Source: Woeseiaceae bacterium
GTDB taxonomy: Bacteria > Pseudomonadota > Gammaproteobacteria > Steroidobacterales > Woeseiaceae
Direction of reading: 5' to 3'
DNA: 64,000 nt
Assembly: GCA_028280615.1 (NCBI GenBank)
Contig: JANQLK010000001.1
Location: 23,793 to 87,792, forward strand
The position numbers were made by a program, and so were the translations under genes. Positions 1 to 7,976 of this stretch are shown here, one piece after another. Within the stretch, counting starts at the first letter, position 1. Each line of letters starts with the position of its first letter. The notes under the pieces were generated by a model, which worked only from the letters and a program-made list of their open reading frames with translations, did no database searches and was not told the DNA's origin.

Positions 1-621
1 CTGCCGCCACTTCACGGAGCGCAGCTTCTCCTGGTCGGACATATTGCGGCGGCGAATGATATTGACGATCGTATCGTCGAGCATGCTGGCCGAGCGGTCC
101 ACGAGGATCAGCGTGCGTCTGCCATCGAGTTTCAGGCCGGTCAGGTACTGGCGCGCGCCCTGCCCCTGCTCGTCGAAGGTTCGGATCTTGGTGCCCTCGT
201 CCTGCTCCTCTTCGGCGGCCTGAATGAGCCGTGCCACCTCCTCCTCGAGCGACTTGATGTCCGACTGCAGCCGTTCGACCGCCTCGATCTGCGCAACCGT
301 GTCCTTGTCGTAGCGGGACAGTTCGAGCTTGAGTTCCTCGATCAGCGCCAGTATTTGCGCGATCTGGCCCTCGGCCGTTCGCTTCTGGTCGTCGAGCACC
401 TCGATCGTGTTCTTCGCGAGCACGAGGTTCTTGCGGCCCTCGAGGATCTCCCGCTCCAGCCGGGTCGTCTCGGCCATGAGGTTGGTCGGGTCCTGTTCGG
501 TCGTTTCGCGCACCTGCGCGTTGATGATCATGAAGAACAGGATCACGGCGCCGAAGCCACAGCTCATGCAGTCGAGAAACGACATGCTGAAGACCTCGAC
601 GGGGCGCCGCTTACGAGCCAT
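1..621 (-). CDS. Partial CDS (N-terminal ~207 aa; C-terminus lies beyond the window edge). Single-pass membrane protein with a TolR/ExbD-like basic N-terminus and an Asp-containing TM helix, then a long coiled coil and the start of a vWA-like domain.
   Basis: My own translation of the minus strand from ATG at 621 gives MARKRRPVEVFSMSFLDCMSCGFGAVILFFMIINAQ. A heptad-rich segment follows (IEELKLELSRYDKD...IKSLEEEVARLIQ), then RTLILVDRSASMLDD, where DRSAS fits the DxSxS MIDAS motif. It is absent from the ORF track because it runs off the window. Its start overlaps the upstream stop by 11 nt (ATGGCTCGTAA). Confidence 0.7.
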   Translation of the reverse strand, partial: MARKRRPVEVFSMSFLDCMSCGFGAVILFFMIINAQVRETTEQDPTNLMAETTRLEREILEGRKNLVLAKNTIEVLDDQKRTAEGQIAQILALIEELKLELSRYDKDTVAQIEAVERLQSDIKSLEEEVARLIQAAEEEQDEGTKIRTFDEQGQGARQYLTGLKLDGRRTLILVDRSASMLDDTIVNIIRRRNMSDQEKLRSVKWRQ

Positions 622-1975
622 CGGACGCCTCCGTCGTAATCAACCTGAGCTCGAACCCCGGCGTACCGACCCGGATGAGATCGCCGACCTGGAGCACCGC
701 GGAACCGTCGAAGCGATGACCGTTCAGGAACGTTCCGTAGCGGCTGTGATCGCGGACGACGCACTGTCCGTTCTCGACCGCCAGCGAACAGTGCTTGCGC
801 GACATGCCCGGCATCGCCTCGGGGAACTCGATATGCCGCTCACCCTGCGCCGGCTGTGAGCCCAGATTCAAGGGTTTGCCATTGATCGCGTAGGCCGTGT
901 TGCCGAACAGGACGTGTGTCGGTCGGCCACCCGCGGGCGTTTGCGCATCGCCGCCGACCTCGACGGGCGCCTGGTCCCAGGGCAGCTGGCGGACGAGGCT
1001 CACGCCGCCGCCCGGCGTGTGTTCCCGGGTGCGCTTGAGGGCGCCTCGGGCGGCCGCTCCGGTCTCGAGCAGGAACACCTCGCCGCCGACGCGGGCCTTG
1101 AGCATATCCGCCAGCCCGGGCAGCGATGCCGCGCGATCCGAGAGCTGAATCGCCGGCGTCTCGTCAGCCCGGCACAGCGTACGAAGCTGGCTGACGATCC
1201 GCTGGTAGACGGGCGCCGCCGCAGACACGAGCGCCAGGGCCTCGATGTCCGCCGTGTGTTCGATGCCGCGGTACTCGACGCCGACCGTAATCGTGCCGCC
1301 AGCCGACGCGTTGGCAAGCCAGCCCGGCAGGCGATCGAAGAGCAGCTGCTCGGTATCGGCCGTGTGCAGCGGATCGAATCGCGACTGCTGGACGAATGCC
1401 TCGGCCAGCGTGCGTATCCAGGCGTCGTAGAGGTGGCTCAGGCCAGCCGCTTCGACCAGCTCGGCCTTCTGCATTTGCGCCTGCCCCTCCTGGCCGATTC
1501 GGGTCATGAGCGTCGTGTGCAGGCTCAGGTCGACGTGCACGGGGGCGGCATCGACATACTGGCGGCGCGTCGCGGCGACGGCTGCGTCCACGAGCGACGC
1601 AACCGGAATACTGAGCTCGTTGCAAATCCCCAGGAACAGGCCCAGCTGCTCGGCCTGCATGTAGTGCGGCACGACGACCGTGACCCGGTCACCGTGCTGC
1701 CGGGCGACGGTCCAGAGCTGCTCGAGCTGCCGGCTGACGAGATCCGCGGACGACAGGTGGCGAAATCGATCGTCCGGCAGCGCATCCGTACTCAGGCTGG
1801 ACCAGAAATGCGAATGGATGCGGCGCGGCAGCATCCGCGCGTTGGCGTAGGCCTCTTTGCCCGTCGTAAGGCCGCCGTCCTCGAGCAGGGCGAAACCGGG
1901 CTCACGATAGACGACGGCCGAGTCGTTCAGTACGGATACGGCAGCATCGTTGATGTCGAGCGCAAGCAGCGTCAC
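611..1975 (-). CDS. Actin/Hsp70-like (ASKHA-fold-like, degenerate) N-terminal domain fused to a C-terminal FHA domain
   Basis: 454-aa ORF. The N-terminus LLALDINDAAVSVLN sits where Hsp70 has IGIDLGTTNS. The C-terminus MSRKHCSLAVENGQCVVRDHSRYGTFLNGHRFDGSAVLQVGDLIRVG carries FHA hallmarks (SRxH, NG, hydrophobic beta strands). Confidence 0.7.
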   Translation of the reverse strand: MTLLALDINDAAVSVLNDSAVVYREPGFALLEDGGLTTGKEAYANARMLPRRIHSHFWSSLSTDALPDDRFRHLSSADLVSRQLEQLWTVARQHGDRVTVVVPHYMQAEQLGLFLGICNELSIPVASLVDAAVAATRRQYVDAAPVHVDLSLHTTLMTRIGQEGQAQMQKAELVEAAGLSHLYDAWIRTLAEAFVQQSRFDPLHTADTEQLLFDRLPGWLANASAGGTITVGVEYRGIEHTADIEALALVSAAAPVYQRIVSQLRTLCRADETPAIQLSDRAASLPGLADMLKARVGGEVFLLETGAAARGALKRTREHTPGGGVSLVRQLPWDQAPVEVGGDAQTPAGGRPTHVLFGNTAYAINGKPLNLGSQPAQGERHIEFPEAMPGMSRKHCSLAVENGQCVVRDHSRYGTFLNGHRFDGSAVLQVGDLIRVGTPGFELRLITTEASDGS

Positions 1976-1991
1976 CCGGGACCCCTCGGCC

Positions 1992-2792
1992 TCAGTCGGC
2001 CTTCATGTGGCGAATCAGATTGACGTCGAGATACGTCTCGCTGTCGAAGACGAGCCGCTCCTGCAGGAGCTGCAGCTGATGTACGAGGAACATCAGGAAG
2101 ATACTGATCAACAGCGCAATGAACGTCGAGTTGAACGCGACACCAAGGCTCTGGGTCACGCCCGCGATGTCGCCCTGAACGGCCTTGTCGGCCTGCGCAA
2201 GCGCCTCGCCGATACCGCGAACGGTGCCGATGAAGCCGATCGAAGGGATGGCCCAGGAGATGTAGCGAATCATCGACAGCTCCGACTCGAGGCGCTCGGC
2301 TTCCGACTCGAACACCGTGTGCGTGCTGCTCGACACATCCTGGATGTTACGGGTCGAACTGAAACGGCGCAGCGCGTTGAGCAGCGCGCGCGGCAGCAAC
2401 ATCCGCTGACGGTCTTCGGGCAGCGCCTGGACCTGGCGTGCGAACTCGCGCGTGTCCTCGGGCAGTATTCGCATGCCTTCGGCGACCGGCACGAGGTCAG
2501 TTTCGAGCAGCCGGCGTTCCGACAGTATCGATGCGGCCTTGTAACCCATGATCGCGAGCGCCCATAGCATCAGGATGAAACAAGCCTCCTGCTCGAGGTC
2601 CTTGATCAGCACCCAGACGGAACGCTCGCGGACGTAGTCCGGGTCGGCCGCTGCGGCCGCGTTCTGTTCCTCGATGATTTGCGCCGCGTTGGGCCGCACC
2701 GCGGACACGTAAAACGCATGTACGACGATCACCGCGATGATCAGCGCGAACAGCTGGAATACGAATTCAATGGGAATGTTCTTTCTGTTCAT
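1992..2792 (-). CDS. MotA/TolQ/ExbB-family proton-channel-like membrane protein (atypical)
   Basis: 266-aa ORF with N-terminal TM helices, a cytoplasmic insert and C-terminal helices AIPSIGFIGTVRGIGEALAQ and FNSTFIALLISIFLMFLV. These compare with the canonical ExbB at 63614-64000 (LPLLGLLGTVSGMIKVF; ALVTTMAGLFTALSGLYF). Confidence 0.75.
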   Translation of the reverse strand: MNRKNIPIEFVFQLFALIIAVIVVHAFYVSAVRPNAAQIIEEQNAAAAADPDYVRERSVWVLIKDLEQEACFILMLWALAIMGYKAASILSERRLLETDLVPVAEGMRILPEDTREFARQVQALPEDRQRMLLPRALLNALRRFSSTRNIQDVSSSTHTVFESEAERLESELSMIRYISWAIPSIGFIGTVRGIGEALAQADKAVQGDIAGVTQSLGVAFNSTFIALLISIFLMFLVHQLQLLQERLVFDSETYLDVNLIRHMKAD

Positions 2793-2813
2793 CGGCAGGC
2801 TCTGCTTAACGAT

Positions 2814-3083
2814 TCAGATATCGGTCGGAAACGGTATCGACTGATCGGCATCGATTTCCTCGGTCGGACGAAAGTCCTCCTCCTCGATGTCGACGTAGGA
2901 CTCGTCGTCGATCACGAGTTCGTCGCCGGTCCCTGCGGCCTCTTCGGCCTCTTCGGCCTCGGCCGGCCCGTTCTCACCAGCGGCCGGCTCCTCGGCCGTC
3001 TCGTCATCGTCCTGCGGCAGCGCCTGCGCGCCGAGCGCCAGGCAGCCCAGGATCAGTAGCAGATAGACTCGTATGTCACGCAT
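2814..3083 (-). CDS. Small secreted (possibly lipidated) highly acidic protein
   Basis: 89-aa ORF. Signal peptide MRDIRVYLLLILGCLALGAQA (an ILGC lipobox-like motif or an AQA cleavage site). The mature part is extremely rich in D/E (DDDETAEEPAAGENGPAEAEEAEEAAGTGDELVIDDESYVDIEEEDF). It sits 22 nt upstream of the MotA-like gene. Confidence 0.55.
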   Translation of the reverse strand: MRDIRVYLLLILGCLALGAQALPQDDDETAEEPAAGENGPAEAEEAEEAAGTGDELVIDDESYVDIEEEDFRPTEEIDADQSIPFPTDI

Positions 3084-3181
3084 TGCAGTGCTCTCAAGCT
3101 TGTCTCCAGTATCGTTCGACCACCAGCCCCCGGAATTGTCGCATTAAATTGGCTGCAAGCGGTCCGCTTTCAGCTTCTCGC

Positions 3182-5605
3182 TTACTCCGCGTTGCGGACG
3201 ATCCGGAAGCCGACGTCGTCGCGCGCATCGGCGCCGTAATCGCGATAGCTCAGGCGCAGCTCGGTCATGCCGGCATGCCGCCAGCTGCCGCCGCGGATGA
3301 CGCGTGCGTTACCCGACGACGGTCCGACCGGGTCGACGACAGCCTGGGTCTGGCCGGGCGTCGGGACCGTGTAGTAATCGTTGACCCATTCGGCAACGTT
3401 GCCGCCGCCGTCGTAGAGCCCCAGGGCATTCGGGCGGAACGAGCCGACCGGCGCCGTCGACGTATAGCCGTCGTCGTAATTGAGCAGAATCGACGTCAGT
3501 ATGTCACCGCCGCTGCGATCCGCGAAGTTGCCCGCATCGCCTTTCGGAGGCCACTGGTCGCCCCAGGCGTACTTGGTCGTCGTCGGCCGGCCGGCGTAGC
3601 GCAGCGCCCATACCCACTCGGCTTCGGTCGGCAGCCGATAGCCGTTCGGGAACGGCAGGATCGCCTCATACTGACCGAACTTTTCCTCGTAGACGGGCGT
3701 GAGGCCCTCGCTGCGACTCAGGTGATTGCAGTACTCGGCAGCCTGCTGCCAGGTGACGGAGGCCACGGGGTTGCGGTCCCCGGCCAGCGATGCATGGGTC
3801 GCGCCACCCGAGTCGTGTTGCGCCTGGAAGGTTGCGAACTCACGGTTCGTCACTTCATGAATGCTGATGAAGTACGGCCTGGTCAGCGTGACGGGCACGA
3901 GCACCTCGTTGGCGCGCCGCCCCTGCACGCTTCGCGACGCACCCATCATGAACGTGCCCGGCTCGACGCGCCGCATGGTCTTGCCGTCCGGCGTTTCGAT
4001 CGTCGTCTGGATGCTGGCCCGCGCGATCTCCTGTTCCGAGCGCAGCCGTGCCGTCAGCGTCTGCGGATAACCCGGCCGCGGCGTCACGCTCTGGCTCCAC
4101 GAGGCGTAGCCGTCGCGGCGAACCTCGATGCGATGCGGCGCGGCGCTCAGGTTGAGCGTCGTGGTGCCGGTGCCGCGCAGCCTGCCGTCGACGAGCACCG
4201 ACGCGTCGGCGGGCTGCACGTTGACCGTCACGCGCCCCGTCTGTGCCGACAGGTCGACGGTAATCGCCTCGCTGGCCGCCGACCTGAGCCGCACCTGGCG
4301 CGAAGTCGAACCATAGCCGGCCTTGGAAAGGCCGATGCGATAGTCGATGTCGGGCGCGAGATCCAGCGTAATCGGCGACTGGCCGCGATAGCGGCCGTTG
4401 ACGAGAACATTGGCGCCGCGCGGGATCGTATTCACGCGTAGCCGGGCGTCCGCTTCCTCGAGCGTTATGAGCGGCAGACTCTTGGGCGAGTTGGCCACGG
4501 TCTCGACGGTGCCGTCCCATGCCTTGTAGCCCTCGGCCACCACGCTCAGCTGATGCTCACCCTCGACGAGTTCGATGACGGCCGGCGTCGTGCCGACGGC
4601 CTCCTCACCCGAGTAGATCGTCGCGCCCGCAGGCTCTGACGTGACGCTGACCTCCGCCCAGCGGGGCACGAGCTGCACGGCGAGGAGTTCCTCGCGGCCG
4701 AGGCCTTCGAACTGTATGACGTCGTCGTACGGCAGATAGCGCGCCGAGCGTACGCCTACGGTGTGACTGCCCGGCTGCAACTCGAATCCGGCAATTGGCG
4801 CCGCGCCGACCTCGTTGCCGTCGATCGACACGATCGCCTCGTCCTCGGCGTCGACGGCGACCGACAGCTTGCCCGGCAGCTTGCGGAGCGACACCGAGAC
4901 CGTCGTCGTCGGCTCATCGCGGACGACGAACGACTGACGCATGTCGTAGTAGCCGCGTTTTTCGACGTTGAGCGTATGCTCGCCCTGCCGCAGCAGCATA
5001 CGATCGCCGAGCGGCAGCTGAAACCAGCCGCCGCTTACGGACAGCGAGTCGACGTCGGCCGGCCGGACGTCGATCTCGACCGACTTCGCGGTAAACAACA
5101 GGTAGGACGCCGTGCCCAGGATCAGCGCGCCGGCGACGAGGACGTTCCGGAGCGCGTGATTGGCGGAACCGGTCTCGACGGGTTTGCTCTCGGTGGCGCG
5201 CTTGAAGGCCGTCGGCGCGATGGTTTCAGCCTCGGCCGCATCGGCTGCCGACGGCAGCTCGGGCGGCGCCGTCACATAGGCGCTGTCCTCGAGCCTGACC
5301 TCGAGTACGAGCTCTTCACCGAGCCGAACCGTGAGCCGGCTGCCGTAGTACCCGAGCTCGTCGCCGTCGGCCAGGCGTCGGCTCGCGGTCAACGCTTCAC
5401 CGTTGACCGTTGCACCCGAGTCGCGGCCGACCGACTGGACGAAAGGGGCATCGTCGAGAATATCGAGCATGACGACCGGGCTGCCACCCGGCCCGGGCAG
5501 GCGAAGATCGCTGTCGCTGCCCGTGCCGATCCGGAGCGGCAACTCATCGGCGGCGACGCGGCGCTCGCCCTCGACGTCGCGGATGATCAGGTGGTCGAGA
5601 CTCAA
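3182..5605 (-). CDS. FHA domain - TM helix - about 5 PEGA-like repeats - FGE/SUMF1 (formylglycine-generating-enzyme-like) domain that lacks the catalytic cysteines
   Basis: 807-aa ORF. N-terminal FHA-like segment (LRIGTGSDSDLRLPG...TVNGEAL...LADGDEL). TM helix ALRNVLVAGALILGTASYLLFTA. Repeated about 50-aa units (e.g. ARLRVNTIPRGANVLVNGRYRGQSPITL). C-terminal FGE-sulfatase signature GTFMMGAS...HEVTNREFATF...GYRLPTEAEWVWA...GNVAEWVNDYY...RVIRGGSWRH. The apparent TTG start overlaps the kinase stop (TTGA). Confidence 0.8.
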   Translation of the reverse strand: MSLDHLIIRDVEGERRVAADELPLRIGTGSDSDLRLPGPGGSPVVMLDILDDAPFVQSVGRDSGATVNGEALTASRRLADGDELGYYGSRLTVRLGEELVLEVRLEDSAYVTAPPELPSAADAAEAETIAPTAFKRATESKPVETGSANHALRNVLVAGALILGTASYLLFTAKSVEIDVRPADVDSLSVSGGWFQLPLGDRMLLRQGEHTLNVEKRGYYDMRQSFVVRDEPTTTVSVSLRKLPGKLSVAVDAEDEAIVSIDGNEVGAAPIAGFELQPGSHTVGVRSARYLPYDDVIQFEGLGREELLAVQLVPRWAEVSVTSEPAGATIYSGEEAVGTTPAVIELVEGEHQLSVVAEGYKAWDGTVETVANSPKSLPLITLEEADARLRVNTIPRGANVLVNGRYRGQSPITLDLAPDIDYRIGLSKAGYGSTSRQVRLRSAASEAITVDLSAQTGRVTVNVQPADASVLVDGRLRGTGTTTLNLSAAPHRIEVRRDGYASWSQSVTPRPGYPQTLTARLRSEQEIARASIQTTIETPDGKTMRRVEPGTFMMGASRSVQGRRANEVLVPVTLTRPYFISIHEVTNREFATFQAQHDSGGATHASLAGDRNPVASVTWQQAAEYCNHLSRSEGLTPVYEEKFGQYEAILPFPNGYRLPTEAEWVWALRYAGRPTTTKYAWGDQWPPKGDAGNFADRSGGDILTSILLNYDDGYTSTAPVGSFRPNALGLYDGGGNVAEWVNDYYTVPTPGQTQAVVDPVGPSSGNARVIRGGSWRHAGMTELRLSYRDYGADARDDVGFRIVRNAE

Positions 5606-7962
5606 ATGGGTTCCTCGCAGCGAACGACAATGGGCTGCATGTCGATTTCGGGCGCGACGCGAAACTCGAGGCGCACGTCCCGGAAACCGGGGCGACTGCC
5701 GACGGCAACGTAGGTCCCCGGGCGCAGCGATAGTTCGGTCGATGCAAAGCTGCCCAGTTTACCAACCCGGTAAATCGAGACGTCGGTCGCGTTGTCGCTG
5801 ACGATCTCGACGGTCAGCGGCGTCGCGGCGCGCTTGAGAAGCCTCGAGAGCTCGTCGCGGGCCGTCGTCAGCCGCGGCCCGATGTCGCCCTGCCGCGTGA
5901 TGTCGACAACGAGCGTCGTGGCCGCCTGCATCGTGCGCGGCGAACTCAGGCTGTCGGGATCTTCGATGTAGGCATCGATCTGCTCGTGCAGTTCGACCAT
6001 ACCGTCGGCGCGCGCGAGCCCTTGTTTCGCGAACTGGAGGTTACCGTCCAGCTTCAGTATCTCGCCGTAGGTCCCGGCCGCCGCCTGCCACTCCTCGGCG
6101 GCCTCCTGTTGCTTGGCTTGCGCCTCCAGCGCCATGATCTGCTTGAGCCTCAGGCCCTGGTCGACCTGCAGCAGGCCATCGGCCGGCTCGGGCGACGAAG
6201 GCTTGAGCTGCTGCGCAATTCTGAACGCCGCGCGCGCCGACAAGAGATCACCCTCGGCCAGCGCGTTGAGGCCCTCGCTCATGCGCGCGTCGAAGGCCAA
6301 TTGTCCGGCCGTCTCGCGGCTGCGCTCAAGCGCTTCGCGAGCGGGTTGCCACTCCGGATCGAGATCGAGCGCCGCTTCGAAGCGCTCGATCGCCGCGTCG
6401 AGCGCAAGCTCGCGCTCCAGTGACAGGCCTTCGTTGGTCATGGCAATGACGTCATCGAGATTCCTGGCTCGTGCGAGCCCTGCTCGGGCAGGACCGTGAC
6501 TCGGCGTGATCGCGACCGCGAGTTCGTAGAGCCGCAGCGCCTCCGCCGAGTCGGCCGCGTCGAGCGCCGTTTCGGCATCGGCGAGCGTCCGCTCGAACAC
6601 GCGGTCGACCTCCTCGAGCAGCGGCTCGACGAGCTCGATGGCCCGCTCGTAGTTTTCTTCGGCGAGCGCGAAGTCACGTTCGAGGTAGGCTTCGTCGCCT
6701 GACGCGTAGGCGTCTTTCGCCTGCTGCCATGCGACCCCGCCCCAGCGCTCGACCGCGCGCCCCTCCAGCGTCCGGGTCTTCGCCAGCAGTTCGCCGAGCG
6801 TCTCGTCGACCTGCTGACGGCTGAGTACGCGCTGATCTCTAGCCGGCCGCGATTCGGCGGCGGGCGCCTCGGAGTCCGGCTCGGACTCGGACCCAGGCAC
6901 GGATTCGGTTTCCGTCGCCGCGGCGGCGGGCTCGGCATCGGCAGGCGGCGCGCTGGTTTCGTTCACGGCGGACGGCAGCAGGAATACGACCCCGAGCAAC
7001 ACCGCGACCAGCACGGCCAGCGCGATGCCAACCGTTCGCGTGCTCAACCCGCCCTGCGGCGTCGACTGTGGGGCGGACGCTTTGGCCGGACGCGGGCCGC
7101 GATCGACGACGAGCTGATCGGCCGCGATCGTGGCGTCGCCGCCCGGCCCGGACAGGCCGAGCAGTTTGCGGCTCGCAGCGCCACCCTGAATACCGGCGTC
7201 CGCCAGCGCATCGACGACCGCTTCGGCATCGGGACGCGCGGCGGCATCCTTGTCGAGCATGGCCGCGACCAGCGACGTAACGGCAGGCCCGGGCGAGCTG
7301 CCGTCGTTCGACACGAGCGGGGGTGGCACGAGTTTCACGATGTCCTCGGCCGTCGTCGCCGAGCCGTACGGCGAGCGGCCGGCTACGAGCTCGTAGATCA
7401 GTCCACCGAGCGCGAAAACATCGTCCGCCGGCGTGGGCGCCTCGCCGGCGAGCTGCTGCGGCGACAGGGCGATCAGCGAACCGCCGCCGACGGGATCGCC
7501 GGCTGCCGCGGCCACGCCGAAATCGATCAGGTAGGGCGCACCGTTCTGATCGAACAGTACGTTCGCTGCCTTGATGTCCCGGTGAACGACGCCCTTGCCA
7601 TGCGCATAGCGAAGCGCATCCGCGACCAGCGCCATCGGCTTCAGGATCTCGTCCGCCGGCGCAGCGGATAGCGCGGACGCATCGGGTCCGTCGATGTACT
7701 GCATTGCATAGAACGGACCGTCGGCGTCTTCGTGAAACTCGAAGACGCGCGCGATATGCGCGTGCATGAGACGAACACTGAGCTGCCACTCGCGACGCAG
7801 CATGTCGGCGGGCAGTGCCGGATCCGTAACGATCTTGAGTGCGACGTCGGTACCGGTCATCCGGTCGCCGGCACGCCAGACCTCGGCAGTGCCCCCGGCC
7901 GCGAGCCGGTCCGCAAGAGTATACCGGTCTGCGAGCTTCAGACCGCTCTTCAGGTCACGCAT
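5602..7962 (-). CDS. Hanks-type Ser/Thr protein kinase with one TM helix and a periplasmic TPR region plus a C-terminal PEGA-like module
   Basis: 786-aa ORF. Kinase motifs are VALKIV, VVHRDIKAANVL and DFGVAAAAG. TM helix VGIALAVLVAVLLGVVFLLP. TPR-like helical repeats follow. C-terminal LTVEIVSDNATDVSIYRVGKLGS...LRPGTYVAVGSRPGF. Confidence 0.85.
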   Translation of the reverse strand: MRDLKSGLKLADRYTLADRLAAGGTAEVWRAGDRMTGTDVALKIVTDPALPADMLRREWQLSVRLMHAHIARVFEFHEDADGPFYAMQYIDGPDASALSAAPADEILKPMALVADALRYAHGKGVVHRDIKAANVLFDQNGAPYLIDFGVAAAAGDPVGGGSLIALSPQQLAGEAPTPADDVFALGGLIYELVAGRSPYGSATTAEDIVKLVPPPLVSNDGSSPGPAVTSLVAAMLDKDAAARPDAEAVVDALADAGIQGGAASRKLLGLSGPGGDATIAADQLVVDRGPRPAKASAPQSTPQGGLSTRTVGIALAVLVAVLLGVVFLLPSAVNETSAPPADAEPAAAATETESVPGSESEPDSEAPAAESRPARDQRVLSRQQVDETLGELLAKTRTLEGRAVERWGGVAWQQAKDAYASGDEAYLERDFALAEENYERAIELVEPLLEEVDRVFERTLADAETALDAADSAEALRLYELAVAITPSHGPARAGLARARNLDDVIAMTNEGLSLERELALDAAIERFEAALDLDPEWQPAREALERSRETAGQLAFDARMSEGLNALAEGDLLSARAAFRIAQQLKPSSPEPADGLLQVDQGLRLKQIMALEAQAKQQEAAEEWQAAAGTYGEILKLDGNLQFAKQGLARADGMVELHEQIDAYIEDPDSLSSPRTMQAATTLVVDITRQGDIGPRLTTARDELSRLLKRAATPLTVEIVSDNATDVSIYRVGKLGSFASTELSLRPGTYVAVGSRPGFRDVRLEFRVAPEIDMQPIVVRCEEPI

Positions 7963-7976
7963 TGCCGTTGAGCCAC

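Noticed and set aside
914-2023. Long ORFs antisense to or out of frame with recognisable genes. Examples: 914-2023(+), 3083-4441(+), 6839-7789(-), 21152-22339(-), 26175-27479(-), 30249-31244(-), 44507-45808(-), 50682-52064(-), 50906-52237(+), 53803-54927(+), 61461-62606(+), 62467-63711(+).
   Set aside because: They fully overlap ORFs with clear family motifs. Their translations are Arg/Ala/Pro/Gly-rich, as expected for stop-poor alternative frames in about 66% GC DNA, and none shows a recognisable domain.
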